A stretch of 64,000 nt of DNA, from positions 26,846,001 to 26,910,000 of the forward strand of contig OZ024759.1 in assembly GCA_964016885.1 (NCBI GenBank), given 5' to 3'. This DNA comes from Eledone cirrhosa (lineage: Eukaryota). Position numbers and translations under genes: made by a program. The stretch's first letter is position 1, and each line of letters begins with the position of its first letter. Shown one piece after another: positions 34,901 to 49,590 of the stretch. Under the pieces are notes generated by a model that was not told where the DNA came from, made no database searches, and saw nothing but the letters and a program-made list of their open reading frames with translations.

Positions 34901-36916
34901 CAGAGAGGAAACGAGAGAGAGAGGAAATGAGAGAGAGGAAACGAGAGTAGAGAGCGAGATGAAACAGGAGAGAGAGAGCGAGAAGAAACGAGCGGGAGAG
35001 AGAGATGAAACGAGAGAGCGAGAGAGAGATGAAACGAGGGAGATAGAGATGAAACGAGAGAGAGGAAGAGAGAGATGGAACGAGAGAGAGGAAGACAGAG
35101 ATGAAACGAGAGAGAGAGAGAGAGAGATAAAACGAGACAGAGAGAGCGCGAGATGAAACGAGAGAGAGAGAGCGCGAGATGAAACGACAGAGAGAGAGAC
35201 AGATGAAAGGAGGGAGATAGAGATGAAACGAGAGAGAGGATGAGAGAGATGGAACGAGAGAGAGGAAGAGAGAGATGGAACAAGAGAGAGGAAGACAGAG
35301 ATGAAACGAGAGAGAGAGCAAGATGAAACGAGAGAGAGAGAGCGCAAGATGAAACGAGAGAGAGAGAGCGCGAGATGAAACTCTGTCATGTAATGTTATT
35401 GACATATCTGTCCCTGTGGCTAATAATTGTCATGTAATGTTATGGTCATCTCTGCCCCTGTGGCTAATAATTCTGTCATGTAATGTTATGGACATCTCTG
35501 CCCTTGTGGCTAATAATTCTCAGATATATTAAACAAGTGAGGGATTAGAGTGTTGAAACAAGAGAGAGAGAGCGAGAAGAAATGAGAGAGTGAGAGCGGG
35601 ATGAAACGAGAGAGGGAGAGCGAGATGAAACGAGAGAGAGAGAGCGAGATGAAATGAGAGAGAGAGAGCGAGATGAAACGGGAGGGAGAGAGAGATGAAA
35701 CGAGAGAGAGAGGAAACGAGAGTAGAGAGCGAGATGAAACAAGAGAGAGAGAGAGCGAGATGAAACAGGAGAGAGAGAGCGAGATGAAACGAGAGGGAGA
35801 GAGAGATGAAACGAGAGAGCGAGAGAGAGATGAAACAAAGGAGATAGAGATGAAACGAGAGAGAGGAAGAGAGAGATGGAACGAGAGAGAGGAAGAGAGA
35901 GATGGCACGAGAGAGAGGAAGACAGAGATGAAACGAGAGAGAGAGAGCGAGATGAAACGAGAGAGAGAGAGCGCGACATGAAACGAGAGAGAGAGAGCGT
36001 TAGATGAAACGACAGAGAGCGAGACAGATGAAAGAAGGGAGATAGAGATGAAACGAGAGAGAGGAAGAGAGAGATGGAACGAGAGAGAGGAAGAGAGAGA
36101 TGGAACGAGAGAGAGGAAGACAGAGATGAAACGAGAGAGAGAGAGAGCGAGATGAAACGAGAGAGAGAGAGCGCAAGATGAAACGCGAGAGAGAGCGCGG
36201 GAGATGAAACGACAGAGAGAGAGACAGATGAAAGGAGGGAGATAGAGATGAAACGAGAGAGAGGATGAGAGAGATGGAACGAGAGAGAGGAAGAGTGAGA
36301 TGGAACGAGAGAGAGGAAGACAGAGATGAAACGAGAGAGAGAGAGAGCAAGATGAAACGAGAGAGAGAGAGAGAGCGCAAGATGAAACGAGAGAGAGAGA
36401 GCGCGAGATGAAACGACAGAGAGAGAGACAGATGAAAGAACGGAGATAGAGATGAAACGAGAGAGAGGAGGAAAGAGATGGAACGAGAGAGAGGAAGAGA
36501 GAGATGGAACGAGAGAGAGGAAGACAGAGATGAAACGAGAGAGAGAGAGGGCGAGATGAAACGAGAGAGAGGAAGACAGAGATGAAACGAGAGAGAGGGA
36601 GAGCGAGATGAAACGAGAGAGAGAGCGCGCAAGATGAAACTCTGTCATGTAATGTTATTGACATATCTGCCCCTGTGGCTAATAATTGTCATGTAATGTT
36701 ATGGTCATCTCTGCCCCTGTGGCTAATAATTCTGTCATGTAATGTTATGGACATCTCTGCCCCTGTGGCTAATAATTCTGACATGTAATGTTATGGACAT
36801 CTCTGCCCTTGTGGCTAATAAATCTGACATGTAATGTTATGGAAATCTCTGCCCCTGTGGCTAATAATTCTGTCATGTAATGTTATGGAAATCTCTGCCC
36901 CTGTGGCTAATAAATC
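28937..36916 (+). repeat. Higher-order satellite, left arm of unit 2 (8 GA blocks, same order as unit 1)
   Basis: Diagnostic variants recur in order, e.g. ctaagagag...aaaaaagtgaggg at 2150/31267, ggacgtctccgcc at 4608/33692 and gaaccaagtg at 5638/34723. Confidence 0.96.
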
Positions 36917-36917
36917 A

Positions 36918-39900
36918 GAATTATTAGCCACAGGGGCAGAGATGTCCATAACATTACATGACAGATTTATTAGCCACAGGGGCAGAGATTTCCATAACAT
37001 TACATGTCAGAATTATTAGCCACAGGGGCAGAGATGTCCATAACATTACATGACAGATTTATTAGCCACAGGGGCAGAGATGTCCATAACATTACATGTC
37101 AGATTTATTAGCCACAGGGGCAGAGATGTCCATAACATTACATGTCAAAATTATTAGCCACAGGGGCAGAGATGTCCATAACATTACATGACAGATTTAT
37201 TAGCCACAGGGGCAGAGATGTCCATAACATTACATGACAGAATTATTAGCCACAGGGGCAGAGATGTCCATAACATTACATGACAGAATTATTAGCCACA
37301 GGGGCAGAGATTTCCATAACATTACATGACAATTATTAGCCCCAAGGGCAGATATGTCCATAACATTACATGACAGACTTTCATCTCGCGCTCTCTCTCT
37401 CTCGTTTCATCTCACGCTCTCTCTCTTCCTCTCTCTCGTTTCATCTTGCTCTCTCTCTCTCTCGTTTCATCTCGCGTTCTCTCTCTTCCTCTCTCTCGTT
37501 TCATCTCGCTCTCTCTCTCGTTTCATCTCTGTCTTCCTCTCTCTCGTTCCATCTCTCTCTTCCTCTCTCTCGTTTCATCTCTCTCTCTCGTTTCATCTGT
37601 CTCTCTCTCTGTCGTTTCATATCCCTCTATCTCTCTCTCGCTCTCTCGTTTCATCTCTCTCTCCCTCTCGTTTCATCTTGCTCTCTCTCTCCTGTTTCAT
37701 CTCGCTCTCTCTCTCCTGTTTCATCTCGCTCTCTACTCTCGTTTCCTCTCTCTCGTATCCTCTCTCTCGTTACCTCTCTCTCTCGTTTCCTCTCTCTCTC
37801 GTTTCCTCTAGCTCTCTCTCTCTCATTTCATCTCGCTCTCTCTCTCTCGTTTCATCTCGCTCTAATCTGTCTCGTTTCATTTCGTTCTCTCTCTCTCTCG
37901 TTTCATTTCGCTCTCTCTGTCTCGTTTCATCTCGCTCTCTCTCTCTCATTTCAACTCGCTCTCTCTCTCTCATTTCATCTCGCTCTCTCTCTCTCGTTTC
38001 ATATCGCTCTCACTCTCTCATTTCATCTCGCTCTCTCTCTCTCGTTTGATCTCGCTCTCACTCTCTCTTCCTCTCTCTCTCTTGTTTCAACACTCTAATC
38101 CCTCACTTGTTTCATCTCTCTCTTATCCCTCACTTGTTTCATCTCTCTCAGAATTATTAGCCACAGGGGCAGAGATATCCATAACATTACATGTCAGAAT
38201 TATTAGCCACAGGGGCAGAGATGTCCATAACATTACATAACAGATTTATTAGCCACAGGGGCGGAGATGTCCATAACATTACATGACGAATTTATTAGCC
38301 ACAGGGGCAGAGATGTCCATAACATTACATGACAGAATTATTAGCCACAGGGGCAGAGATGTCCATAACATTACATGACAGAATTATTTGCCACAGGGGC
38401 AGAGATGTACATAACATTACATGACAATTATTAGCCCCAAGGGCAGATATGTCCATAACATTACATGACAATTATTAGCCCCAAGGGCAGATATGTCCAT
38501 AACATTACATGACAGACTTTCATCTCGCGCTCTCTCTCTTCCTCTCTCTCGTTTCATCTCGCTCTCTCTCTCTCGTTTCATCTCGCTCTCTTTCTCTCTC
38601 GTTTCATCTCGCGCTCTCTCTCTTCCTCTCTCTCGTTTCATCTCGCTCTCTCTCTCTCTCGTTTCATATCTGTCTTCCTCTCTCTCGTTCCATCTCTCTA
38701 TTCCTCTCTCTCTCGTTTCATCTAGCTATCACTCTCTCGTTTCATCTCCCTCTATCTCTCTCTCGCTCTCTCGTTTCATCTCTCCCTCCCTCTCATTTCA
38801 TCTCGCTCTCTCTCTCCGGTTTCATCTCGCTCTCTCTCTCTCCTGTTTCATCTTGCTCTCTACTCTCGTTTCCTCTCTCTCGTTTCCTCTCTCTCGTTTC
38901 CTCTATCTCTCGTTTCCTCTCTCTCTCGTTTCATCTAGCTCTCACTCTCTCGTTTCATCTCGCTCTCTCTGACTCGTTCCATCTCGCTCTCACTCTCTCG
39001 TTTCATCTCGCTCTCTCTCTCTCATTTCATCTCGCTCTCTCTCTCTCATTTCATCTCGATCTCTCTGTCTCGTTTCATCCCGCTCTCTCTGTCTCGTTTC
39101 ATCTCGCTCTCTCTCTCTCATTTCATCTCGCTCTCTCTCTCTCATTTCATCTCGCTCTCTCTCTCTCTCTCGTTTCATCTCACTCTCAATCTCTCATTTC
39201 ATCTCGCTCTCTCTCTCTCATTTCATCTCGCGCTCTCTCTCTTCCTCTCTCTCGTTTCATCTCGCGCTCTCTCACTTCCTCTCTCTCGTTTCATCTCGCT
39301 CTCTCTCTCTCGTTTCATCTTGCGCTCTCTCTCTTCCTCTCTCTCGTTTCATCTCGCGCTCTCTCTCTTCCTCTCTCTCGTTTCATCTTGCTCTCTCCCT
39401 CTCTCGTTTCATCTCGCGTTCTCTCTCTTCCTCTCTCTCGTTTCATCTCTGTCTTCCTCTCTCTCGTTCCATCTCTCTCTTCCTCTCTCTCGTTCCATCT
39501 CTCTCTTCCTCTCTCTCGTTTCATCTCTCTCTCTCGTTTCATCTCTATCTCCCTCGTTTCATCTGTCTCTCTCTCTGTCGTTTCATCTCCCTCTATCTCT
39601 CTCTCGCTCTCTCGTTTCATCTCTCTCTCCCTCTCGTTTCATCTCGCTCTCTCTCTCCTGTTTCATCTCGCTCTCTCTCTCCTGTTTCATCTCGCTCTCT
39701 ACTCTCGTTTCCTCTCTCCCGTATCCTCTCTCTCGTTTCCTCTCTCTCTCGTTTCCTCTCTCTCTCTCGTTTCCTCTAGCTCTCACTCTCTCGTTTCATC
39801 TCGCTCTCTCTCTCTCATTTCATCTCGCTCTCTCTCTCTCGTTTCATCTCGCTCTAATCTGTCTCGTTTCATTTCGCTCTCTCTCTCTCTCGTTTCATTT

Positions 39901-42900
39901 CGCTCTCTCTGTCTCATTTCATCTCGCTCTCTCTCTCTCATTTCAACTCGCTCTCTCTCTCTCATTTCATCTCGCTCTCTCTCTCTCGTTTCATATCGCT
40001 CTCACTCTCTCATTTCATCTCGCTCTCTCTCTCTCTCGTTTGATCTCGCTCTCACTCTCTCTTCCTCTCTCTCTCTTGTTTCAACACTCTAATCCCTCAC
40101 TTGTTTCATCTCTCTCTTATCCCTCACTTGTTTCATCTCTCTCAGAATTATTAGCCACAGGGGCAGAGATATCCATAACATTACATGTCAGAATTATTAG
40201 CCACAGGGGCAGAGATGTCCATAACATTACATGACAGATTTATTAGCCACAGGGGCGGAGATGTCCATAACATTACATGACGAATTTATTAGCCACAGGG
40301 GCAGAGATGTCCATAACATTACATGACAGAATTATTAGCCACAGGGGCAGAGATGTCCATAACATTACATGACAGAATTATTTGCCACAGGGGCAGAGAT
40401 GTACATAACATTACATGACAATTATTAGCCCCAAGGGCAGATATGTCCATAACATTACATGACAATTATTAGCCCCAAGGGCAGATATGTCCATAACATT
40501 ACATGACAGACTTTCATCTCGCGCTCTCTCTCTTCCTCTCTCTCGTTCCATCTCTCTCTTCCTCTCTCTCGTTTCATCTCTCTCTCTCGTTTCATCTCTA
40601 TCTCCCTCGTTTCATCTGTCTCTCTCTCTGTCGTTTCATCTCCCTCTATCTCTCTCTCGCTCTCTCGTTTCATCTCTCTCTCCCTCTCGTTTCATCTCGC
40701 TCTCTCTCTCCTGTTTCATCTCGCTCTCTCTCTCCTGTTTCATCTCGCTCTCTACTCTCGTTTCCTCTCTCTCGTATCCTCTCTCTCGTTTCCTCTCTCT
40801 CTCGTTTCCTCTCTCTCTCGTTTCCTCTAGCTCTCACTCTCTCGTTTCATCTCGCTCTCTCTCTCTCATTTCATCTCGCTCTCTCTCTCTCGTTTCATCT
40901 CGCTCTAATCTGTCTCGTTTCATTTCGCTCTCTCTCTCTCTCGTTTCATTTCGCTCTCTCTGTCTCGTTTCATCTCGCTCTCTCTCTCTCATTTCAACTC
41001 GCTCTCTCTCTCTCATTTCATCTCGCTCTCTCTCTCTCGTTTCATATCGCTCTCACTCTCTCATTTCATCTCGCTCTCTCTCTCTCGTTTGATCTCGCTC
41101 TCACTCTCTCTTCCTCTCTCTCTCTTGTTTCAACACTCTAATCCCTCACTTGTTTCATCTCTCTCTTATCCCTCACTTGTTTCATCTCTCTCAGAATTAT
41201 TAGCCACAGGGGCAGAGATATCCATAACATTACATGTCAGAATTATTAGCCACAGGGGCAGAGATGTCCATAACATTACATGACAGATTTATTAGCCACA
41301 GGGGCGGAGATGTCCATAACATTACATGACGAATATATTAGCCACAGGGGCAGAGATGTCCATAACATTACATGACAGAATTATTAGCCACAGGGGCAGA
41401 GATGTCCATAACATTACATGACAGAATTATTTGCCACAGGGGCAGAGATGTACATAACATTACATGACAATTATTAGCCCCAAGGGCAGATATGTCCATA
41501 ACATTACATGACAATTATTAGCCCCAAGGGCAGATATGTCCATAACATTACATGACAGACTTTCATCTCGCGCTCTCTCTCTTCCTCTCTCTCGTTTCAT
41601 CTCGCTCTCTCTCTCTCGTTTCATCTCGCTCTCTCTCTCTCTCGTTTCATCTCGCGCTCTCTCTCTTCCTCTCTCTCGTTTCATCTCGCTCTCTCTCTCT
41701 CTCGTTTCATATCTCTCTTCCTCTCTCTCGTTCCATCTCTCTATTCCTCTCTCTCTCGTTTCATCTAACTATCACTCTCTCGTTTCATCTCCCTCTATCT
41801 CTCTCTCGCTCTCACGTTTCATCTCTCCCTCCCTCTCATTTCATCTCGCTCTCTCTCTCCGGTTTCATCTCGCTCTCTCTCTCTCCTGTTTCATCTTGCT
41901 CTCTACTCTCGTTTCCTCTCTCTCGTTTCCTCTCTCTCGTTTCCTCTCTCTCTCATTTCCTCTCTCTCTTGTTTCATCTAGCTCTCACTCTCTCGTTTCA
42001 TCTCGCTCTCTCTGACTCGTTCCATCTCGCTCTCACTCTCTCGTTTCATCTCGCTCTCTCTCTCTCATTTCATCTCGCTCTCTCTCTCTCATTTCATCTC
42101 GATCTCTCTGTCTCGTTTCATCCCGCTCTCTCTGTCTCGTTTCATCTCGCTCTCTCTCTCTCATTTCATCTCGCTCTCTCTCTCTCATTTCATCTCGCTC
42201 TCTCTCTCTCTCTCGTTTCATCTCACTCTCAATCTCTCATTTCATCTCGCTCTCTCTCTCTCATTTCATCTCGCGCTCTCTCTCTTCCTCTCTCTCGTTT
42301 CATCTCGCGCTCTCTCTCTTCCTCTCTCTCATTTCATCTCGCTCTCTCTCTCTCGTTTCATCTTGCGCTCTCTCTCTTCCTCTCTCGTTTCATCTCGCTC
42401 TCTCTCTCTCATTTCATCTCGATCTCTCTGTCTCGTTTCATCCCGCTCTCTCTGTCTCGTTTCATCTCGCTCTCTCTCTCTCATTTCATCTCGCTCTCTC
42501 TCTCTCATTTCATCTCGATCTCTCTGTCTCGTTTCATCCCGCTCTCTCTGTCTCGTTTCATCTCGCTCTCTCTCTCTCATTTCATCTCGCTCTCTCTCTC
42601 TCATTTCATCTCGCTCTCTCTCTCTCTCTCGTTTCATCTCACTCTCAATCTCTCATTTCATCTCGCTCTCTCTCTCTCATTTCATCTCGCGCTCTCTCTC
42701 TTCCTCTCTCTCGTTTCATCTCGCGCTCTCTCACTTCCTCTCTCTCGTTTCATCTCGCTCTCTCTCTCTCGTTTCATCTTGCGCTCTCTCTCTTCCTCTC
42801 TCTCGTTTCATCTCGCGCTCTCTCTCTTCCTCTCTCTCGTTTCATCTTGCTCTCTCCCTCTCTCGTTTCATCTCGCGTTCTCTCTCTTCCTCTCTCTCGT

Positions 42901-45900
42901 TTCATCTCTGTCTTCCTCTCTCTCGTTCCATCTCTCTCTTCCTCTCTCTCGTTCCATCTCTCTCTTCCTCTCTCTCGTTTCATCTCTCTCTCTCGTTTCA
43001 TCTCTATCTCCCTCGTTTCATCTGTCTCTCTCTCTGTCGTTTCATCTCCCTCTATCTCTCTCTCGCTCTCTCGTTTCATCTCTCTCTCCCTCTCGTTTCA
43101 TCTCGCTCTCTCTCTCCTGTTTCATCTCGCTCTCTCTCTCCTGTTTCATCTCGCTCTCTACTCTCGTTTCCTCTCTCTCGTATCCTCTCTCTCGTTTCCT
43201 CTCTCTCTCGTTTCCTCTCTCTCTCTCGTTTCCTCTAGCTCTCACTCTCTCGTTTCATCTCGCTCTCTCTCTCTCATTTCATCTCGCTCTCTCTCTCTCG
43301 TTTCATCTCGCTCTAATCTGTCTCGTTTCATTTCGCTCTCTCTCTCTCTCGTTTCATTTCGCTCTCTCTGTCTCATTTCATCTCGCTCTCTCTCTCTCAT
43401 TTCAACTCGCTCTCTCTCTCTCATTTCATCTCGCTCTCTCTCTCTCGTTTCATATCGCTCTCACTCTCTCATTTCATCTCGCTCTCTCTCTCTCGTTTGA
43501 TCTCGCTCTCACTCTCTCTTCCTCTCTCTCTCTTGTTTCAACACTCTAATCCCTCACTTGTTTCATCTCTCTCTTATCCCTCACTTGTTTCATCTCTCTC
43601 AGAATTATTAGCCACAGGGGCAGAGATATCCATAACATTACATGTCAGAATTATTAGCCACAGGGGCAGAGATGTCCATAACATTACATGACAGATTTAT
43701 TAGCCACAGGGGCGGAGATGTCCATAACATTACATGACGAATTTATTAGCCACAGGGGCAGAGATGTCCATAACATTACATGACAGAATTATTAGCCACA
43801 GGGGCAGAGATGTCCATAACATTACATGACAGAATTATTTGCCACAGGGGCAGAGATGTACATAACATTACATGACAATTATTAGCCCCAAGGGCAGATA
43901 TGTCCATAACATTACATGACAATTATTAGCCCCAAGGGCAGATATGTCCATAACATTACATGACAGACTTTCATCTCGCGCTCTCTCTCTTCCTCTCTCT
44001 CGTTTCATCTCGCTCTCTCTCTCGTTTCATCTCGCTCTCTCTCTCTCTCGTTTCATCTCGCGCTCTCTCTCTTCCTCTCTCTCGTTTCATCTCGCTCTCT
44101 CTCTCGTTTCATATCTGTCTTCCTCTCTCTCGTTCCATCTCTCTATTCCTCTCTCTCTCGTTTCATCTAGCTATCACTCTCCCGTTTCATCTCCCTCTAT
44201 CTCTCTCTCGCTCTCTCGTTTCATCTCTCCCTCCCTCTCATTTCATCTCGCTCTCTCTCTCCGGTTTCATCTCGCTCTCTCTCTCTCCTGTTTCATCTTG
44301 CTCTCTACTCTCGTTTCCTCTCTCTCGTTTCCTCTCTCTCGTTTCCTCTATCTCTCGTTTCCTCTCTCTCTCGTTTCATCTAGCTCTCACTCTCTCGTTT
44401 CATCTCGCTCTCTCTGACTCGTTCCATCTCGCTCTCACTCTCTCGTTTCATCTCGCTCTCTCTCTCTCATTTCATCTCGCTCTCTCTCTCTCATTTCATC
44501 TCGATCTCTCTGTCTCGTTTCATCCCGCTCTCTCTGTCTCGTTTCATCTCGCTCTCTCTCTCTCATTTCATCTCGCTCTCTCTCTCTCATTTCATCTCGC
44601 TCTCTCTCTCTCTCTCGTTTCATCTCACTCTCAATCTCTCATTTCATCTCGCTCTCTCTCTCTCATTTCATCTCGCGCTCTCTCTCTTCCTCTCTCTCGT
44701 TTCATCTCGCTCTCTCTCTCTTCCTCTCTCTCGTTTCATCTCGCTCTCTCTCTCTCGTTTCATCTTGCGCTCTCTCTCTTCCTCTCTCTCGTTTCATCTC
44801 GCGCTCTCTCTCTTCCTCTCTCTCGTTTCATCTTGCTCTCTCCCTCTCTCGTTTCATCTCGCGTTCTCTCTCTTCCTCTCTCTCGTTTCATCTCTGTCTT
44901 CCTCTCTCTCGTTCCATCTCTCTCTTCCTCTCTCTCGTTCCATCTCTCTCTTCCTCTCTCTCGTTTCATCTCTCTCTCTCGTTTCATCTCTATCTCCCTC
45001 GTTTCATCTGTCTCTCTCTCTGTCGTTTCATCTCCCTCTATCTCTCTCTCGCTCTCTCGTTTCATCTCTCTCTCCCTCTCGTTTCATCTCGCTCTCTCTC
45101 TCCTGTTTCATCTCGCTCTCTCTCTCCTGTTTCATCTCGCTCTCTACTCTCGTTTCCTCTCTCTCGTATCCTCTCTCTCGTTTCCTCTCTCTCTCGTTTC
45201 CTCTCTCTCTCGTTTCCTCTAGCTCTCACTCTCTCGTTTCATCTCGCTCTCTCTCTCTCATTTCATCTCGCTCTCTCTCTCTCGTTTCATTTCGCTCTCT
45301 CTGTCTCGTTTCATCTCGCTCTCTCTCTCTCATTTCAACTCGCTCTCTCTCTCTCATTTCATCTCGCTCTCTCTCTCTCGTTTCATATCGCTCTCACTCT
45401 CTCATTTCATCTCGCTCTCTCTCTCTCGTTTGATCTCGCTCTCACTCTCTCTTCCTCTCTCTCTCTTGTTTCAACACTCTAATCCCTCACTTGTTTCATC
45501 TCTCTCTTATCCCTCACTTGTTTCATCTCTCTCAGAATTATTAGCCACAGGGGCAGAGATATCCATAACATTACATGTCAGAATTATTAGCCACAGGGGC
45601 AGAGATGTCCATAACATTACATGACAGATTTATTAGCCACAGGGGCGGAGATGTCCATAACATTACATGACGAATATATTAGCCACAGGGGCAGAGATGT
45701 CCATAACATTACATGACAGAATTATTAGCCACAGGGGCAGAGATGTCCATAACATTACATGACAGAATTATTTGCCACAGGGGCAGAGATGTACATAACA
45801 TTACATGACAATTATTAGCCCCAAGGGCAGATATGTCCATAACATTACATGACAATTATTAGCCCCAAGGGCAGATATGTCCATAACATTACATGACAGA

Positions 45901-48900
45901 CTTTCATCTCGCGCTCTCTCTCTTCCTCTCTCTCGTTTCATCTCGCTCTCTCTCTCTCGTTTCATCTCGCTCTCTCTCTCTCTCGTTTCATCTCGCGCTC
46001 TCTCTCTTCCTCTCTCTCGTTTCATCTCGCTCTCTCTCTCTCTCGTTTCATATCTCTCTTCCTCTCTCTCGTTCCATCTCTCTATTCCTCTCTCTCTCGT
46101 TTCATCTAACTATCACTCTCTCGTTTCATCTCCCTCTATCTCTCTCTCGCTCTCACGTTTCATCTCTCCCTCCCTCTCATTTCATCTCGCTCTCTCTCTC
46201 CGGTTTCATCTCGCTCTCTCTCTCTCCTGTTTCATCTTGCTCTCTACTCTCGTTTCCTCTCTCTCGTTTCCTCTCTCTCGTTTCCTCTCTCTCTCATTTC
46301 CTCTCTCTCTTGTTTCATCTAGCTCTCACTCTCTCGTTTCATCTCGCTCTCTCTGACTCGTTCCATCTCGCTCTCACTCTCTCGTTTCATCTCGCTCTCT
46401 CTCTCTCATTTCATCTCGCTCTCTCTCTCTCATTTCATCTCGATCTCTCTGTCTCGTTTCATCCCGCTCTCTCTGTCTCGTTTCATCTCGCTCTCTCTCT
46501 CTCATTTCATCTCGCTCTCTCTCTCTCATTTCATCTCGCTCTCTCTCTCTCTCTCGTTTCATCTCACTCTCAATCTCTCATTTCATCTCGCTCTCTCTCT
46601 CTCATTTCATCTCGCGCTCTCTCTCTTCCTCTCTCTCGTTTCATCTCGCGCTCTCTCTCTTCCTCTCTCTCATTTCATCTCGCTCTCTCTCTCTCGTTTC
46701 ATCTTGCGCTCTCTCTCTTCCTCTCTCGTTTCATCTCGCTCTCTCTCTCTCATTTCATCTCGATCTCTCTGTCTCGTTTCATCCCGCTCTCTCTGTCTCG
46801 TTTCATCTCGCTCTCTCTCTCTCATTTCATCTCGCTCTCTCTCTCTCATTTCATCTCGCGCTCTCTCTCTTCCTCTCTCTCGTTTCATCTCGCGCTCTCT
46901 CTCTTCCTCTCTCTCGTTTCATCTCGCTCTCTCTCTCTCTCTCGTTTCATCTTGCGCTCTCTCTCTTCCTCTCTCTCGTTTCATCTCGATCTCTCTCTGT
47001 CTCGTTTCATCTCTGTCTGCCTCTCGCTCGTTCCATCTCTCTCTTCCTCTCTCTCGTTCCATCTCTCTCTTCCTCTCTCTCGTTTCATCTCTCTCTCTCG
47101 TTTCATCTCTGTCTTCCTCTCTCTCGTTCCATCTCCCTCTTCCTCTCTCTCGTTCCATCTCTCTCTTCCTCTCTCTCGTTTCATCTCTCTCTCTCGTTTC
47201 ATCTCTATCTCCCGCGTTTCATCTGTCTCTCTCTCTGTCGTTTCATCTCCCTCTATCTCTCTCTCGCTCTCTCGTTTCATCTCTCTCTCCCTCTCGTTTC
47301 ATCTCGCTCTCTCTCTCCTGTTTCATCTCGCTCTCTCTCTCCTGTTTCATCTCGCTCTCTACTCTCGTTTCCTCTCTCTCGTTTCGTCTCTCTCGTTTCC
47401 TCTCTCTCTCGTTTCATCTAGCTCTCCCACTCTCGTTTCATCTCGCTCTCTCTGTCTCGTTCCATCTCGCTCTCACTCTCTCGTTTCATCTCGCTCTCTC
47501 TCTCTCATTTCATCTCGCTCTCTCTCTCTCATTTCATCTCGCTCTCTCTCTCTCTCGTTTCATCTCGCTCTCTCTGTCTCGTTTCATCTCGCTCTCGCTC
47601 TCTCTGTCTCGTTTCATCCCGCTCTCTCTCTCTCATTTCATCTCGCTCTCTCTCTCTCATTTCATCTCGCTCTCTCTCTCTCTCTCGTTTCATCTCGCTC
47701 TCACTCTCTCATTTCATCTCGCTCTCTCTCGTTTGATTTCGCTCTCACTCTCTCTTCCTCTCTCTCTCTTGTTTCAACACTCTAATCCCTCACTTGTTTC
47801 ATCTCTCTCAGAATTATTAGCCACAGGGGCAGAGATGTCCATAACATTACATGTCAGAATTATTAGCCACAGGGGCAGAGATGTCCATAACATTACATGA
47901 CAGATTTATTAGCCACAGGGCAGAGATGTCCATAACATTACATGACGAATTTATTAGCCACAGGGTCAGAGATGTCCATAACATTACATGTCAGAATTAT
48001 TAGCTACAGGGGCAGAGATGTCCATAACATTACATGTCAGAATTATTAGCCACAGGGGCAGAGATGTCCATAACATTACATGACAGATTTATTAGCCACA
48101 GGGGCAGAGATGTTCGTAACATTAAATGACAGATTTATTAGCCACAGGGGCAGAGATTCCATAACATTACATGTCAGAATTATTAGCCACAGGGGCAGAG
48201 ATTTCCATAACATTACATGACAGAATTATTAGCCACAGGGGCAGAGATGTCCATAACATTACATGACAGAATTATTAGCCACAGGGGCAGAGATGTCCAT
48301 AACATTACATGACAATTATTAGCCCCAGGGGCAGATATGTCCATGACAGAGTTTCATCTCTCGCTCTCTCTCTTCCTCTCTCTCGTTTCATCTCGCTCTC
48401 TCTCTCGTTTCATCTCGCTCTCTCTCTCTCTCGTTTCACCTCTGTCTTCTTCTCTCTCGTTTCATCTCTCTCTTCCTCTCTCTCGTTCTATCTCTCTCTT
48501 CCTCTCTCTCGTTTCATCTCTCTCTCTCGTTTCATCTCTATATCCCTCGTTTCATCTGTCTCTCTCTCTGTCGTTTCATTTCCCTCTATCTCTCTCTCGC
48601 TCTCTCGTTTCATCTCTCTCTCCCTCTCGTTTCATCTCGCTCTCTCTCTCCTGTTTCATCTCGCTCTCTCTCTCCTGTTTCATCTCGCTCTCTACTCACG
48701 TTTCCTCTCTCTCGTTTCCTCTCTTTCTCGTTTCATCTCTCTCTCGTTTCATCTCTCTATGTCTCATTTCATCTCGCTCTCTCTCTCTCTCATTTCATCT
48801 CGTTCTCTCTCTCTCTCTCTCATTTCATCTCGCTCTCACTCTCTCGTTTCATCTCGCTCTCTCACTCTCGTTTCATCTCGCACTCTCTCTCTCGTTTCAT

Positions 48901-49590
48901 CTCTCTCTCTCTCTCTCTCTCATTTCATCTCGCTCTCTGTCTCGTGTCATCTCGCTCTCTCTGTCTCTCGTTTCATCTCGCTCTCACTCTCTCGTTTCAT
49001 CTCACTCTAACTCTCTCATTTCATCTCGCTCTCCCTGTCTCGTTTCATCTCGCTCCCACTCTCTCATTTCATCTCACTCTCTTTCTCTCATTTCATCTCG
49101 CTCTCTCGCTCTTGTTTCAACACTCTAATCCCTCACTTGTTTCATCTCTCTCTAATCCCTCACTTGTTTCATCTCTCTCTTGTTTCAATTCTTTCTCTCT
49201 CTCTCTCTCACTCTCTCTCTCTCTCTCTCTCTCTTTCTATCCCCTCTCTCTTTCTCTCCCCTCTCTCTGTTGTTTCATCCCTCACCCTCTTGTTTCATCC
49301 CCTTCTCTCCCTCTCTCTCTCTTCCCCTCTATCTCTATTCCTCTCTCTCATCCCCTCTCTCTCTCTTCCTATCTCTCTCTTCCTCTCTCCCCTCACCCTC
49401 TTGTTTCAACTCTCTCCTCGTTTCAACTCTCTCCTCGTTTCAACTCTCTCCTCGTTTCAACTCTCTCCTCGTTTCAACTCTCTCTCTCTCCTCTCGTTTC
49501 AACTCTCTCTCTCTCCTCGTGTTTCAACCATCTCCTCTCTTGTTTCAACTCTCTCACCTCTCGTTTCAACTCTCTCTCTCTGTGTCTCCA
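36918..49590 (-). repeat. Higher-order satellite, right arm of unit 2 (7 CT blocks)
   Basis: CT blocks at about 37377-38150, 38516-40144, 40510-41193, 41559-43601, 43967-45534, 45900-47810 and 48349-49590, separated by reverse 46-mer clusters. Confidence 0.96.

Noticed and set aside
41552-43549. Long ORFs up to 665 aa (also 11484-13376, 45893-47785 and many S/L- or R/E-rich ORFs)
   Set aside because: The CT-rich strand almost cannot form stop codons. ORFs overlap in all three frames, and frame and length are not conserved between repeat copies.
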